In this document: one piece after another, positions 62,989 through 64,000 of the stretch | Position numbering within the stretch: the first letter of the stretch is position 1 | Layout: every line of letters starts with the position of its first letter | NCBI RefSeq assembly: GCF_000315625.1 | Contig: NW_005434536.1 | Location: 90,383-154,382 of the forward strand | Length of the DNA: 64,000 nt | DNA from: Guillardia theta CCMP2712 | Lineage: Eukaryota > Protista > Cryptophyta | Reading direction: 5' to 3' | Notes under the pieces: model-generated | Told to the model about the DNA's origin: nothing | The model's input: the letters and a program-made list of their open reading frames with translations, nothing else | The model's database searches: none | Program-made: the position numbers and the translations under genes

Positions 62989-63970
62989 TAGCCTCCTGGC
63001 GGGCCTCCAGGGGGTCTGAGGCGGGGCTGAAGGCTGCAGTCGGTCTACTGACGGGCCCGGCCGGCAGGATCCGTCGAGAAACAGGGGGGTCAAGGGAGGT
63101 TTTCTTCCCCCTGGGAGAAATGTCCTATGGGTTTTTGGATCTGCGATATAAAAAAGTCTTGTCTCGGTCACGTGATGTGTCACGTGACCGGTCAGGTGAG
63201 CCTGTCAGCCGGGTCACGGCCCCTGTCAGCCGGCTGACATGTCACGGGCCTGCTGACACGGTCCGCTGACCGGTCACGGCCGCCCGGAGAGATCAGGCCC
63301 CCGGCCAATCTCCGGACACTTAGCCTCCTGGCGGGCCTCCAGGGGGTCTGAGGCGGGGCTGAAGGCTGCAGTCGGTCTACTGACGGGCCCGGCCGGCAGG
63401 ATCCGTCGAGAAACAGGGGGGTCAAGGGAGGTTTCTTCCCCCTGGGAGAAATGTCCTATGGGTTTTTGGATCTGCGATATAAAAAAGTCTTGTCTCGGTC
63501 ACGTGATGTGTCACGTGACCGGTCAGGTGAGCCTGTCAGCCGGGTCACGGCCCCTGTCAGCCGGCTGACATGTCACGGGCCTGCTGACACGGTCCGCTGA
63601 CCGGTCACGGCCGCCCGGAGAGATCAGGCCCCCGGCCAATCTCCGGACACTTAGCCTCCTGGCGGGCCTCCAGGGGGTCTGAGGCGGGGCTGAAGGCTGC
63701 AGTCGGTCTACTGACGGGCCCGGCCGGCAGGATCCGTCGAGAAACAGGGGGGTCAAGGGAGGTTTTCTTCCCCCTGGGAGAAATGTCCTATGGGTTTTTG
63801 GATCTGCGATATAAAAAAGTCTTGTCTCGGTCACGTGATGTGTCACGTGACCGGTCAGGTGAGCCTGTCAGCCGGGTCACGGCCCCTGTCAGCCGGCTGA
63901 CATGTCACGGGCCTGCTGACACGGTCCGCTGACCGGTCACGGCCGCCCGGAGAGATCAGGCCCCCGGCCA
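62989..63970 (+). repeat. 332-bp tandem repeat, ~3 copies (continuation of the interrupted array)
   Basis: Same unit; resumes exactly where 60347 stops. Confidence 0.97.
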
Positions 63971-64000
63971 AGTAATAGACCTGTCCACTCCTACTGGTTT

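Noticed and set aside
34052-63970. CRISPR array interpretation of the tandem repeats
   Set aside because: The units are long and near-identical throughout, with no unique spacers and no cas genes.
1-64000. tRNA/rRNA genes
   Set aside because: None recognisable by eye; tRNAscan-SE/Infernal would be needed to exclude them.

Overview
Gene-dense segment of a large eukaryotic dsDNA virus, most likely a mirusvirus (Mirusviricota, Duplodnaviria). It carries the 3' part of an HK97-type major capsid protein gene (1-2708, three single-base frameshifts), a herpes assemblin-like maturation protease, an ESCRT-III/Snf7 protein, a dNMP kinase, an AEP primase, a GxxExxY PD-(D/E)xK nuclease, a transglutaminase-like protein and many ORFans. 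Many genes are preceded by a TATTTAA(A/G) or poly(dA:dT)+GCCCGTCC promoter-like motif. The N gap, frameshifts, satellite arrays (171, 166 and 332 bp units), an intron-containing gene and a TIR element suggest a virus integrated in a eukaryotic assembly. The most striking structure is a ~3000-aa Cys-rich surface-protein gene split into four pieces on both strands (48380-59337). The pieces can be rejoined in frame with no evident loss at short GGGT microhomologies, and the locus is bracketed by the satellite arrays. All family calls come from motif recognition by eye; no searches were run.
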